A stretch of 46,986 nt of DNA from an uncultured delta proteobacterium (GTDB taxonomy: Bacteria; Myxococcota_A; Polyangia; Fen-1088). The stretch is taken from assembly GCA_963737265.1 (NCBI GenBank), contig CAVTRY010000001.1:1-46986 (forward strand), given 5' to 3'. Position numbers and translations under genes: made by a program. Below are positions 38,626-46,986 of this stretch, one piece after another. The notes under the pieces were generated by a model. The model saw only the letters and a list, made by a program, of their open reading frames with translations. It had not been told where the DNA came from and made no database searches. The number at the start of each line of letters is the position of its first letter. Within the stretch, counting starts at the first letter, position 1.

Positions 38626-40781
38626 ATGATTTCTCCGCGTGCACCGGCTCTCGCCTCGGTACGCACACTATTCCGCGCCGCGTCCGCCAGGCGGCCTCCG
38701 CAGTTCTTCCCATCTGCCTCATCGCCTTTGCCATTTTGTCTCTCCACGCGCAGAAGACCACGATCCAGCCCTCCGACATTGCCAATATCAAGCGCGTTGG
38801 AGCCCCGCGCATTTCTCCAGACGGCAGCCTTGTTGTTTGCGCCGTCGATACGCCGGTGGCCTCCGGGAAACATCGCGACGCTCACATTTGGCTCGCCACC
38901 ACAGGCGAGCCTGGCACTGCGCGGCCCTTCGCTTACAGCACTTCTGCCGAGGACTCGCCTGACTGGTCTCCCGACGGAACCCACATCGCTTTCCTTTCCG
39001 ATCGTCCGAATCTCCTGGCGGAAGGTGACAACTCGCCGTTCCACTTCTCCATCGCTCCCGGCAGTGAACGTAAAGACGTAGCCGTCCCGAAAAAAGACGA
39101 AACCACCCCGAAAGACGATGCAGCTGCGGCCAAACCAGCGATGCAGTTGTGGTGGATTGCTCTCAACGGCGGGGAAGCGGAACCGCTCACCAATCTGCCC
39201 GGCGGAATCCGCTCCTTCAAGTGGTCGCCCGACGGCAAATCCATCGCCTTCATCCGCACCGACACCGACACGCCTGAAGAGCGTGCCCGCAAGGCCGCGA
39301 AGAACGACCAGAACCTCATCGATCGCGACTACCACTACGACCGCCTGTGGATCTACGACCTCGCCTCTCACCAGGCGCGGCTGCTCACCACGCAGGATCT
39401 GAACGTGGACGCCATCGACTGGTCGCCGGATGGTGCAGCCATCGTCGCCCGCATCTCTCCCACGCCGCGGCTCGATGATTACTGGCGTGTGTCGAAAGTC
39501 GTTCTCTTCAACACCGCCAACGGAGCCATCACGCGCACCATCGAGGAGCACTCCGGCTACGCGTCGCCCACCTTCTCGCACGACGGTTCCCGCGTCTCCT
39601 TTTCCCGCTTTACCCTGCCCGGCGCCGGATTACACGGCATCACCGACGAACACGTCGTCGAGAAACTTTCCGATGGCAGCATCATCCGCCTTGAAGACAA
39701 GCTGTCCGGCACCATCGCTCAAATGGTGTGGGCGGGTCCCGGTAGTCGCCTCATCGCCGGCGAATTCGTCGGCGCGCACACTGAGTCGGTCGAGATCGAC
39801 GCCGCTTCCTTCACGGTCAAACCGCTGCCCGGTATTTCCGTCCACGCCGAGGAAGACTTTCACGCCAGTCGCGACGGACAAACCCTGACCTTCCTCGGCG
39901 ATACGCCGTCTATGCCGCCGGAGGTCTATATCTGGAAAAACGGCGCCGCCCAGGCTATCACCACCACTAACCCCCAGGTGGCGCAGTGGAACATCGGAAC
40001 CCAGCGCGAAATCTCCTGGAAGAACCCGAAAGACCAGCGCACCATCTACGGAGTTCTTGTCCTGCCTCCCGGTTATCAACCCGGCACGCGCTACAAGACT
40101 CTGGTCCATGTGCACGGTGGTCCGGAAGAGGCCTGGACGGTCGGCTTCAATGGCAACTGGTATAACTACGCCACGTTGATCGCCTCGCATGGATACGTCG
40201 TGCTGTTGCCCAATCCCCGCGGCTCCGACGGCCAGGGCCCGGCATTCACGGAGGCGAATTACCAGGACTGGGGCGGCGGCGATTTCGCCGATATCATGGC
40301 CGGCGTGGACTCCCTGATCCAGCAGGGTATCGCCGATCCATACCGCATGGTGATCGGCGGCTGGAGCTTTGGCGGATTCATGACCGCCTGGACTGTCACC
40401 CACACCGACCGCTTCAAGGCGGGAATGGTGGGTGCCGGCGTCACCGATCTCTACAGCATGGCCACTACGACCGATATCGCTCCCAGCTTTTCCCAGGGCT
40501 ATTTTGGACCGCTAGCCGCCGACCCGGCTGTCTACGATCAGCACTCTCCCGTGCGGTATCTCGATCATTGCCACACACCGGTGCTCGTTCTCCATGGCGA
40601 AGCCGACGTGCGCGTGCCGATCTCGCAGGGACAGGAGTTCTACAATGGCCTGCGCTTCATGGGGAAAGAGGCGCAGATGGTGACTTATCCGCGCGAGCCG
40701 CACATCTTCACCGAGCGTGAGCATCAGATCGACTCGCTGACGCGCATCCTTGGCTGGTACGATGCCCACACCAACCAGTGA
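38622..40781 (+). CDS. S9C acylaminoacyl/dipeptidyl peptidase-like protein
   Basis: WSPDG propeller repeats, VHGGP, GGWSFGG, LHGEADVRVP, YPREPH; ATGA-coupled. Confidence 0.95.
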   Translation: MNDFSACTGSRLGTHTIPRRVRQAASAVLPICLIAFAILSLHAQKTTIQPSDIANIKRVGAPRISPDGSLVVCAVDTPVASGKHRDAHIWLATTGEPGTARPFAYSTSAEDSPDWSPDGTHIAFLSDRPNLLAEGDNSPFHFSIAPGSERKDVAVPKKDETTPKDDAAAAKPAMQLWWIALNGGEAEPLTNLPGGIRSFKWSPDGKSIAFIRTDTDTPEERARKAAKNDQNLIDRDYHYDRLWIYDLASHQARLLTTQDLNVDAIDWSPDGAAIVARISPTPRLDDYWRVSKVVLFNTANGAITRTIEEHSGYASPTFSHDGSRVSFSRFTLPGAGLHGITDEHVVEKLSDGSIIRLEDKLSGTIAQMVWAGPGSRLIAGEFVGAHTESVEIDAASFTVKPLPGISVHAEEDFHASRDGQTLTFLGDTPSMPPEVYIWKNGAAQAITTTNPQVAQWNIGTQREISWKNPKDQRTIYGVLVLPPGYQPGTRYKTLVHVHGGPEEAWTVGFNGNWYNYATLIASHGYVVLLPNPRGSDGQGPAFTEANYQDWGGGDFADIMAGVDSLIQQGIADPYRMVIGGWSFGGFMTAWTVTHTDRFKAGMVGAGVTDLYSMATTTDIAPSFSQGYFGPLAADPAVYDQHSPVRYLDHCHTPVLVLHGEADVRVPISQGQEFYNGLRFMGKEAQMVTYPREPHIFTEREHQIDSLTRILGWYDAHTNQ

Positions 40782-41938
40782 GCGGCGCGCCGATGACGTT
40801 CCTCCACAATCTGGTTCACCGCCCGCGCCAGCTTTGGCTGCGCCGGGCACTCTTCCAGATTCATTTGTGGGCCGGCGTTGCGCTTTCCCTCTACGTGGTC
40901 GTCATCGCCATCAGCGGTTCCATTCTGGTCTTTGAAAATGAGCTCACCGGCACCACGCTGCCGCGCGGCCTCAGTGCGTTCGATCCTTTGCACACTGCGC
41001 CAATCCCCGAGGTCATGCGCCGATTTCGGCAGGCGTGTCCCGGCTGCACGGCAAGCGTTCTCATCAGTCCTTATCCGGCGGTTCCCGCATTTCAGATTCG
41101 CGCTGTCGACTCGCAGAGTCGGCAGCTGAGCTTCATCGCCGACCCCGTCAGCGGTGCCGTCCTTTCCCAGCCGCGTACGTGGGTGGACTGGATGCACGAC
41201 CTCCACGTTTATTTGTTGCTCGGCAGTGGCCATGGTAAGCAAGTGAATGGCGTCGGCGCTGCGATCCTGCTTCTCCTGTGCGTCACAGGACCTCTCCTCT
41301 GGTGGCCGGGATTCAGGAACTGGAGCCGCGGATTTCGCATCAGTCTGCGCAGCCACTGGCGGCGCATCAATTTCGACGCGCACCTCGCCATCGGCATATG
41401 GACGCTCGCGATCGTCACCTGGTGGGCAGTTTCCAGCATTTACTTTGCCTGGTACGGGCCTCTGGAAGCGGCCGTTAACGCCGTATTCCCGGTGCGCGCG
41501 ATGCTGTCTCCGCCCATGCCCCCGCTAGCGCCGAACAGCGGAGGGCCTGCTTCGCTCGCCGCCATCGTCGCCGCTGCGCAGCACTCCTCACCGCATGGGC
41601 GGCTCTTCGCAATTTACAACCCCTCGCTCACCGATCCCACCGTGTTTGTCCAGATGGATCTGCGCGATCCCAGCAACTTTGCCCACCGCGATCTCATCAC
41701 CATCGAAACTTCCAGCGCCCGCGTCCTGACTATCTGGCACTACGGCAACAACGTAACTCTGGGAGACTGGATTCTCTGGTCGATGTTCACGCTGCATTTC
41801 GGCACGGTGTGGGGTATACCCATCAAAATTCTCTGGTTCCTGCTCGGCGTGAGTCTCGCGGTACTGAGTATCACCGGTCTCATCATGTACTGGAATCGAT
41901 ATCTGCGCCATCACCTTGGTCAGCGATCCCGCCCATAA
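40778..41938 (+). CDS. PepSY-associated TM helix protein
   Basis: LFQIHLWAG…SGSILVF, DLHVYLL, DAHLAIG, TLHFG (conserved TM His residues). Confidence 0.9.
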   Translation: MSGAPMTFLHNLVHRPRQLWLRRALFQIHLWAGVALSLYVVVIAISGSILVFENELTGTTLPRGLSAFDPLHTAPIPEVMRRFRQACPGCTASVLISPYPAVPAFQIRAVDSQSRQLSFIADPVSGAVLSQPRTWVDWMHDLHVYLLLGSGHGKQVNGVGAAILLLLCVTGPLLWWPGFRNWSRGFRISLRSHWRRINFDAHLAIGIWTLAIVTWWAVSSIYFAWYGPLEAAVNAVFPVRAMLSPPMPPLAPNSGGPASLAAIVAAAQHSSPHGRLFAIYNPSLTDPTVFVQMDLRDPSNFAHRDLITIETSSARVLTIWHYGNNVTLGDWILWSMFTLHFGTVWGIPIKILWFLLGVSLAVLSITGLIMYWNRYLRHHLGQRSRP

Positions 41939-42088
41939 CGGAGACAAGTTCTGGGACTGCGGCATCAATTACCGTCGTCGATTGCGAGCTTCACTCTAGA
42001 GACACCCATCCCTTAGACCGAAGACCTGGATCAATGCCAACTCACTCACCGACTTGTTCTGGACCGTTGACCGGCGGTTCATTAAATA

Positions 42089-43572
42089 GCCGATCCTGAA
42101 AAGCCAACGAAACCCCTATAAATCCTGATGAAATGGGGCGTTGTTTCCTCTAGAATTTCCTTGAATGCGTAGCCAATGGCCTGGAAACCGGGGAAGAACG
42201 ATGCAACCCAAGCGCGAGCCGAAGCAGCCACAGCGGGAGATGTTTCAGATAGATTTGGAGCAGTTGATCGACATGAGCCATCGGTTGGTTCGTCTCGGTC
42301 TTTGCATTGACTGGGAGTCGTTCGAACAGACTCTGGGCGGCACCTATCATCCCAGTCAGGGCGCGCCCGGCATCTCGACGCGTCTGATGGTTGCTCTGCA
42401 CTATCTGAAGTATCAGCAGGATCTGAGCGATGAAGACGTGGTTGCCGTGTGGGTTGAAAATCCCTACTGGCAGCACTTCAGCGGCATGAGGTACTTTCAG
42501 CATCAGGTGCCGATTGATCCTTCGAGCATGACGCGCTGGCGCAAGCGACTGGGCGATGCCGGAGCCGAGCAGATGCTGCGTGCGACGATTGAAGCGGGCA
42601 TCGCGATGCGCGTGATTCGCCCCGCTGAGTTGAAGCGCATCAACGTGGACACGGCAGTTCAGACCAAGGCCATTCGTTTTCCCACCGATGCGCGGCTCTA
42701 TCAGCGCATGCGTGAGCGGCTGGTGAAGGCGGCACGTGCTGAGGGCCTGGCGATCAAGCAGAGTTATCAGCACGTAGGCCGCCGCCTGCTGATGCAGTCC
42801 AGCCGTTATGCGCATGCTCGTCAGATGAAACGTGCTCGTGCCTGCACGCGCGAGCTGAAAACGCAGTTGGGGCGCATCGTTCGCGAGATAGAACGCCAGG
42901 TTGAAACGCCATCGAACAAGCTTCGAAAGCTACTTCAGACAGCGCATCAAATCCATGCACAACAGAAGCATGACAAGAACAAGATCTACAGCATGCATGA
43001 ACCTGAAGTGCAGTGCATCGCCAAGGGCAAGGCGGGCAAGCAATATGAATTTGGAAACAAGGTGAGTGTCGCGGTGAGCAGCCGTGGTGGATGGTTCGTC
43101 GGCGCCAAGAGCTTCACTGAAAATCCCTACGATGGCCACACGCTGGCTGCACAGATGAAGCAAGTCGAGAGCTTGATCGCCAACAAGGTCAGCGAAGCGT
43201 ACGTGGACATGGGCTATCGAGGTCACGACTACGATGGTGCGGTCACGGTGCACGTCGACAAGAGAAGAAGAGGACGGACATCGAAAGCACGATGGCGATG
43301 GATGAAACGTCGTGCCGCAGTCGAACCAAGCATCGGACATCTGAAGAGTGAACACCGGTTGGAACATAATCGGCTGAAGGGTACTGCCGGAAATGCGATC
43401 AACGCGATCCTGGCAGCCGCCGCGATGAACTTCCAGAAGCTCCTCGGAGCTTTTTGGCGCATTTTTCTGCTCTGCCTGATCGACGTATGCAACGGCTTGC
43501 TCACCCTGAAAGGCCAGCAAGCCCGCAATACTCAACTTCAACCTGCCTGAGAATCACTTTTTCAGGATCGAC
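42089..43572 (+). mobile_element. IS5-family insertion sequence
   Basis: IRs GCCGATCCTGAAAA / GTCGATCCTGAAAA (13/14), flanked by TA on both sides. Confidence 0.88.
42201..43550 (+). CDS. IS5-family transposase
   Basis: WVENPYWQHFSG, VDTAVQTKAIRFPTDA, CIAKGKAGKQYEFGNKV, VDMGYRG, RRAAVEPSIGHLK. Confidence 0.95.
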   Translation: MQPKREPKQPQREMFQIDLEQLIDMSHRLVRLGLCIDWESFEQTLGGTYHPSQGAPGISTRLMVALHYLKYQQDLSDEDVVAVWVENPYWQHFSGMRYFQHQVPIDPSSMTRWRKRLGDAGAEQMLRATIEAGIAMRVIRPAELKRINVDTAVQTKAIRFPTDARLYQRMRERLVKAARAEGLAIKQSYQHVGRRLLMQSSRYAHARQMKRARACTRELKTQLGRIVREIERQVETPSNKLRKLLQTAHQIHAQQKHDKNKIYSMHEPEVQCIAKGKAGKQYEFGNKVSVAVSSRGGWFVGAKSFTENPYDGHTLAAQMKQVESLIANKVSEAYVDMGYRGHDYDGAVTVHVDKRRRGRTSKARWRWMKRRAAVEPSIGHLKSEHRLEHNRLKGTAGNAINAILAAAAMNFQKLLGAFWRIFLLCLIDVCNGLLTLKGQQARNTQLQPA

Positions 43573-43573
43573 T

Positions 43574-43705
43574 AACCACATGATTGAAGTTGATGAGCCC
43601 GGACTGGTCCTGGATGCAATACGTCGTGTTCACGCAGCCGCCCGCAACAAGGCGGCGCTTGCTCATGATGGGACTTCACAGGAGTCGTCGGCTGTTCGGT
43701 CCTAA
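43574..43705 (+). pseudogene. C-terminal fragment of an alpha/beta hydrolase cut by IS5
   Basis: NHMIEVDEPGLVLDAIRRVHAAAR matches the catalytic-His and terminal-helix pattern. Confidence 0.5.
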
Positions 43706-43729
43706 GGGTCGCAATGTTAAGAGATGGCA

Positions 43730-43870
43730 GCCATTCTACCGGTTTTCTCTCGCCGCTTCCAATTACCGATCCCGGTCCACCGGAATCTCTTTCTGGCATC
43801 CGGCTACCATATCCTTCGGTGTGATATGGCCGATGCCACTGTTCAAGCTGACGTCGTAATAATGCTCTTC
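43730..43870 (-). pseudogene. Degenerate IS3-family transposase C-terminal remnant
   Basis: EEHYYDVSLNSGIGHITPKDMVAGCQKEIPVDRDR*LEAAR resembles the HYNxxRLHSxIGYxTP…RDRKLEAAR motif; internal stops. Confidence 0.6.
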
Positions 43871-43880
43871 GCGTGCGAAC

Positions 43881-44462
43881 TTAGGTAGCAGATTCTTCAG
43901 AATTTTGTCTGAGAAACGCGAAAACGACGGGCGTAAATAACACGGACAGAGGCCCCAGTGTTAGAAATCCGAACTCATACCACCACGGCACAGGTATGGT
44001 GCAAGCCTTGGCGATAATCTGGACGGCCACAGTAATCATCACGAAGAGGGCGAGGAAGACCGCTGTGCCAAAGCGAATTCGCGCAGCGGCACACCCGCCA
44101 ATTGACGTAAATGCGAGAAACACAATCGGTGCCAGAACAACGAAGGCCGTTGGCTCAGGCGCAAACAACTTCGCGATCATGAAATCCGCAGCGAGTTTGA
44201 GCGTTCCCATGACGACGTATACGCCCACAGCGGTACTCGCGCTGATAAGCCAATCTCCATTTCGCAATGACGATCCGATGATGAACGGGATGGAACGACA
44301 GGCCTGGCCCCAGAACCATCGCGTAGCGGCGGATGGCGACGTAGCTTCGGCGTGAAGGTTGTATTCCTCAATGAGGTCACCTAACAAGGCCCCTCGATAT
44401 GAGACCGGAAGCACGGTTTGAAAAAGCCGGCAAGCGAAAGCCGGCGGCGAATAGCGACTCAT
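43881..44462 (-). CDS. PadR-associated membrane protein
   Basis: PP…ALLGDLIEEY…WFWGQACRS prefix, then four TM helices; ATGA-coupled to padR. Confidence 0.8.
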   Translation of the reverse strand: MSRYSPPAFACRLFQTVLPVSYRGALLGDLIEEYNLHAEATSPSAATRWFWGQACRSIPFIIGSSLRNGDWLISASTAVGVYVVMGTLKLAADFMIAKLFAPEPTAFVVLAPIVFLAFTSIGGCAAARIRFGTAVFLALFVMITVAVQIIAKACTIPVPWWYEFGFLTLGPLSVLFTPVVFAFLRQNSEESAT

Positions 44463-44791
44463 ATCGTCTCCCAGCGGCCTTTTAAGTCGGCGGTCATGCT
44501 ATGCAAGGTTTGTTCGGATATCTGTAGCGCACGATTGCCCGCGGCCTCTAAACGAAACATCCGCTTGGCCCGGCCTCCGCGCTCTGGCGTCGGGTCGCCG
44601 GTGGATGAACTGACGTACCCCTTCGCCTCGAGCCGCTCCAAAGTCGCATAAACCGCGCCGATAGAGATATTGCGCCCGGTCCGTTCTTCAATTTCGCGCC
44701 GCACAATCATTCCGTGCGCACTTCCATCCAGACGGACCAGTGCCAGAAGGATTATGTGCTCCAGCGACCCGAGAAGTTCTCCTCGTTTCAT
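44459..44791 (-). CDS. PadR-family transcriptional regulator
   Basis: LGSLEHIILLAL…GAVYATLERLEAKGYVSS…ERGGRAKRMF. Confidence 0.93.
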   Translation of the reverse strand: MKRGELLGSLEHIILLALVRLDGSAHGMIVRREIEERTGRNISIGAVYATLERLEAKGYVSSSTGDPTPERGGRAKRMFRLEAAGNRALQISEQTLHSMTADLKGRWETI

Positions 44792-44794
44792 TTC

Positions 44795-44829
44795 TTCTGC
44801 AAGATAAAACAAAAAAGGCGGGCGGTCAA
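44795..44829 (-). promoter_or_regulatory. padR promoter with overlapping operator
   Basis: TTGACC-17-TATCTT; imperfect palindrome TTTTATCTTGCAGAA over the -10. Confidence 0.7.
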
Positions 44830-44912
44830 CACCATAGGACGAGGGGTGGTGGGTCAGTTTGAATCCACAACCAAAGAAGCTACCCATAACTTGGGTTATG
44901 GATGGGTCTATG

Positions 44913-45485
44913 TCAGTCGAGCAGCCCACGCGCGTAGAGGCACTCATAGGTTTCAATATCCAGTTTCCGTTCGGGTGCTAAGGTTCGGAAGATTTCAGCC
45001 GCGAAAGCAAATGGGGATACGCCGTTCGCCGTAATCACGAGGCGGTCACTGACTGCGTGGGATGCGCGATACATGCCCTGGCCTCGATATTTGCGAACAT
45101 ATTTCTCGATGAATCCTCGGCCATTACTCGTGTGCCCACGGTCGTTGAGCTGGCCAGCGTGAGCTAAAGCCAGGGTCGCAGCGCAAATCGCGGCAACGGG
45201 CTGGCCCACTGCAACCATGGCATTAATCGCGTCTGAGACCTCCACGACTTCACCCTCCATCCAAGCATCGCCACCGGGCAAAATGAGAATGGCTGCCGAT
45301 TCGGGCACAAAATGGGACAAAGCGATGTCCGGGATAATCCTCAGTCCCCCCATACTAACGATCGGCGCGGTAGTCAGACCCATTGATTGCACAGAAAACC
45401 CAAACGATCGCCGCAACTCGGCAAGAGCCGAGGCAGGCTCCCAATCGGCATAATCATCGTGGAGTAATACGTAGATGGTTTTCAT
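44913..45485 (-). CDS. DJ-1/PfpI family (class I glutamine amidotransferase-like) protein
   Basis: YADWEP, SMGGLRIIPD, LILPGG, AAICAAT, HTSN, ITANG. Confidence 0.92.
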   Translation of the reverse strand: MKTIYVLLHDDYADWEPASALAELRRSFGFSVQSMGLTTAPIVSMGGLRIIPDIALSHFVPESAAILILPGGDAWMEGEVVEVSDAINAMVAVGQPVAAICAATLALAHAGQLNDRGHTSNGRGFIEKYVRKYRGQGMYRASHAVSDRLVITANGVSPFAFAAEIFRTLAPERKLDIETYECLYARGLLD

Positions 45486-45603
45486 AATCAAGCCTCGATC
45501 AGTTCTCATCGCACATTCCTCGCTCGATGTCTACCAGTCCGGCAACAGTTCTTCGCACAAGCAACACTGCGCCGCGTCGAGACTGTACCCGCAGAGCGGT
45601 CTG

Positions 45604-46071
45604 CTAATTCATCGGCGAAAAATCCGTCGGCCGCATGTACACGACGTCTATTTTTTCCACTGTTTTGTTGGCCTGCTCAGATTTAATCACCTCTTGAAAC
45701 TCTGGGTCGGCCCGCATAGCAACCCAGTTCTTTTTCGCTTCCTCCCGGCTGGAGTGAGCCACGATGAAAATGAAGTCGTTGTCCCAACCGGGCGTGTCCT
45801 CGGCCACCCAGTAACCCACAATCTTCAGACCATGTTTGGCGAGTAGCTTTGAAGTCGTGTCGCGAAACTGTGACTCCAGTGCCTGCGCTTTGCCCGGCAC
45901 GGTATGGTAAACGTGCATCTCAAAAACGCGATTGCTATCGGCCCTTACTTCAGTCACGTGCATCCAGCGGGCAGTCATGAGCAATCCAGCGGCAATGGAA
46001 ACCAGGGCGATGGCGCAAACAGTCTGTCCCTTAGATTTCCAGCCATTGAATCTCCAGCAGTTGAGTTTCAT
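45604..46071 (-). CDS. NIPSNAP family protein with signal peptide
   Basis: RVFEMHVYHTVPGK…FRDTT…KHG…GYW…HSSREEAKKNW…DPEFQ…PTDFSP; AGGAG RBS. Confidence 0.9.
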   Translation of the reverse strand: MKLNCWRFNGWKSKGQTVCAIALVSIAAGLLMTARWMHVTEVRADSNRVFEMHVYHTVPGKAQALESQFRDTTSKLLAKHGLKIVGYWVAEDTPGWDNDFIFIVAHSSREEAKKNWVAMRADPEFQEVIKSEQANKTVEKIDVVYMRPTDFSPMN

Positions 46072-46112
46072 GGAGTTCTCCTTTTCTAGCGAAGAGTGTT
46101 GAATTTCATTTC

Positions 46113-46147
46113 TTTTACAAGATAGAACAAATAGGACCTGCAGTCAA
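46113..46147 (-). promoter_or_regulatory. NIPSNAP-gene promoter with a second copy of the PadR-type operator
   Basis: TTGACT-17-TATCTT; TTCTATCTTGTAAAA. Confidence 0.7.
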
Positions 46148-46211
46148 CATCGAAAGTCATGGCAAGATTTGGGATAGCCGTGGCGCAGAAGAGCACTCTC
46201 ACGCTCATTCG

Positions 46212-46986
46212 CTACACAGGGGACAGGATTGGAGCAGTGCGTTGCGGCGCCGATGCCTTTCCAACCCCCAACTTAGTCAGCTTCAGCACTGTAATGTCAT
46301 CGTCCTGGCCGAAGCTGATTGCGGCTTCCGAGGCCTGGTCGGCATCCGGCCTGCTAGTGAAGAGCGTATGCAGCCGCTCGAAGCCGTACAATTCGCCCGT
46401 TGCGTTGCGCGCCTCCAGCAGCCCATCGGTGTAGAGCGCCAGATGGTCCCCCTCTTCTAGCTGAATATGGATGTCCTCGTAGACAATCTCCGCACTTATG
46501 CCTAGCGGAAGAGCTCCCGGCAGCTCCAATTCGTGTTCATTTACGAAGGGAGACAGATGCCCCGCGCTCGCCACGGTGCATTTGCCCTGCGGGTCCAGAT
46601 GCAGTGTAATCGCCGTGGCAAATGCCCCATCCAGCCTTCCCGCCAGTCGTTTGTTGATTTCCGCCAGCAGCTTGCCCGGCTCGGGGAAGATGCTGGCCAG
46701 CGCGCGAATCATGCCGACAATGAGCGACACCGCCATCGCCGCTTTCAGTCCCTTGCCGCTCACGTCGCCCAGCACGATCAGCGTTGAGTCGTTCTCCAGA
46801 GCAACCACCTGGAAGAAGTCCCCGCCTACTTCGCTGGCCGGCTTGTACGAGCTGGTTAGCGCGTAGCCCGGAGTCAGAGGCTGCTCCTCGGGGATCAGCA
46901 CCCGTTGCAGCTCGCGGGCGCTCTTGAATTCCTGCTCCACGGCGATCTGCCGCCGGTGTTCCTCTCGCGTTATGCGGTAAACCGCA
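46212..46986 (-). CDS. SpoIIE/RsbU-like PP2C phosphatase (5' part outside the window)
   Basis: EVGGDFF, LGDVSGKG, ASAGH, LYTDGLLEA, QDDDIT. Confidence 0.93.
   Translation of the reverse strand, partial: AVYRITREEHRRQIAVEQEFKSARELQRVLIPEEQPLTPGYALTSSYKPASEVGGDFFQVVALENDSTLIVLGDVSGKGLKAAMAVSLIVGMIRALASIFPEPGKLLAEINKRLAGRLDGAFATAITLHLDPQGKCTVASAGHLSPFVNEHELELPGALPLGISAEIVYEDIHIQLEEGDHLALYTDGLLEARNATGELYGFERLHTLFTSRPDADQASEAAISFGQDDDITVLKLTKLGVGKASAPQRTAPILSPV

Overview
The window reads as three unrelated DNA segments joined end to end. (1) 1-~12635 is very GC-rich and actinobacterial-like. It carries a dynamin-like/YfjP GTPase pair, PadR plus a membrane partner, a decayed toxin with its XRE antitoxin, a VOC-O-methyltransferase fusion, an HtrA-like protease, and hutU-M20 hydrolase-hutF, with hutF cut at the junction. 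(2) ~12635-~28890 is myxobacterial-like and full of indels. It contains a phage-like accessory island (RHH proteins, Zn-finger mini-proteins, a sigma-70 factor, a four-ORF IS21-family element, a cytoplasmic Ser/Thr kinase and a resolvase), then rpsT, tRNA-Glu, a large serine integrase remnant and an ECF sigma module. (3) ~28890-46986 is acidobacterial-like. It has a MocR-controlled locus of amidohydrolase, PaiB, TonB receptor, two S9 peptidases and PepSY-TM, followed by an IS5 element, a small PadR regulon and a PP2C phosphatase. The best candidate for an undescribed system is a 165-aa putative BECR-fold RNase gene (15538-16035) met head-on by a promoter-driven, structured, terminator-bounded ~105-nt RNA (about 16142-16036), which could be an RNA-antitoxin or defence module. 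Taxonomic and family assignments come from motif recognition only; no searches were run.
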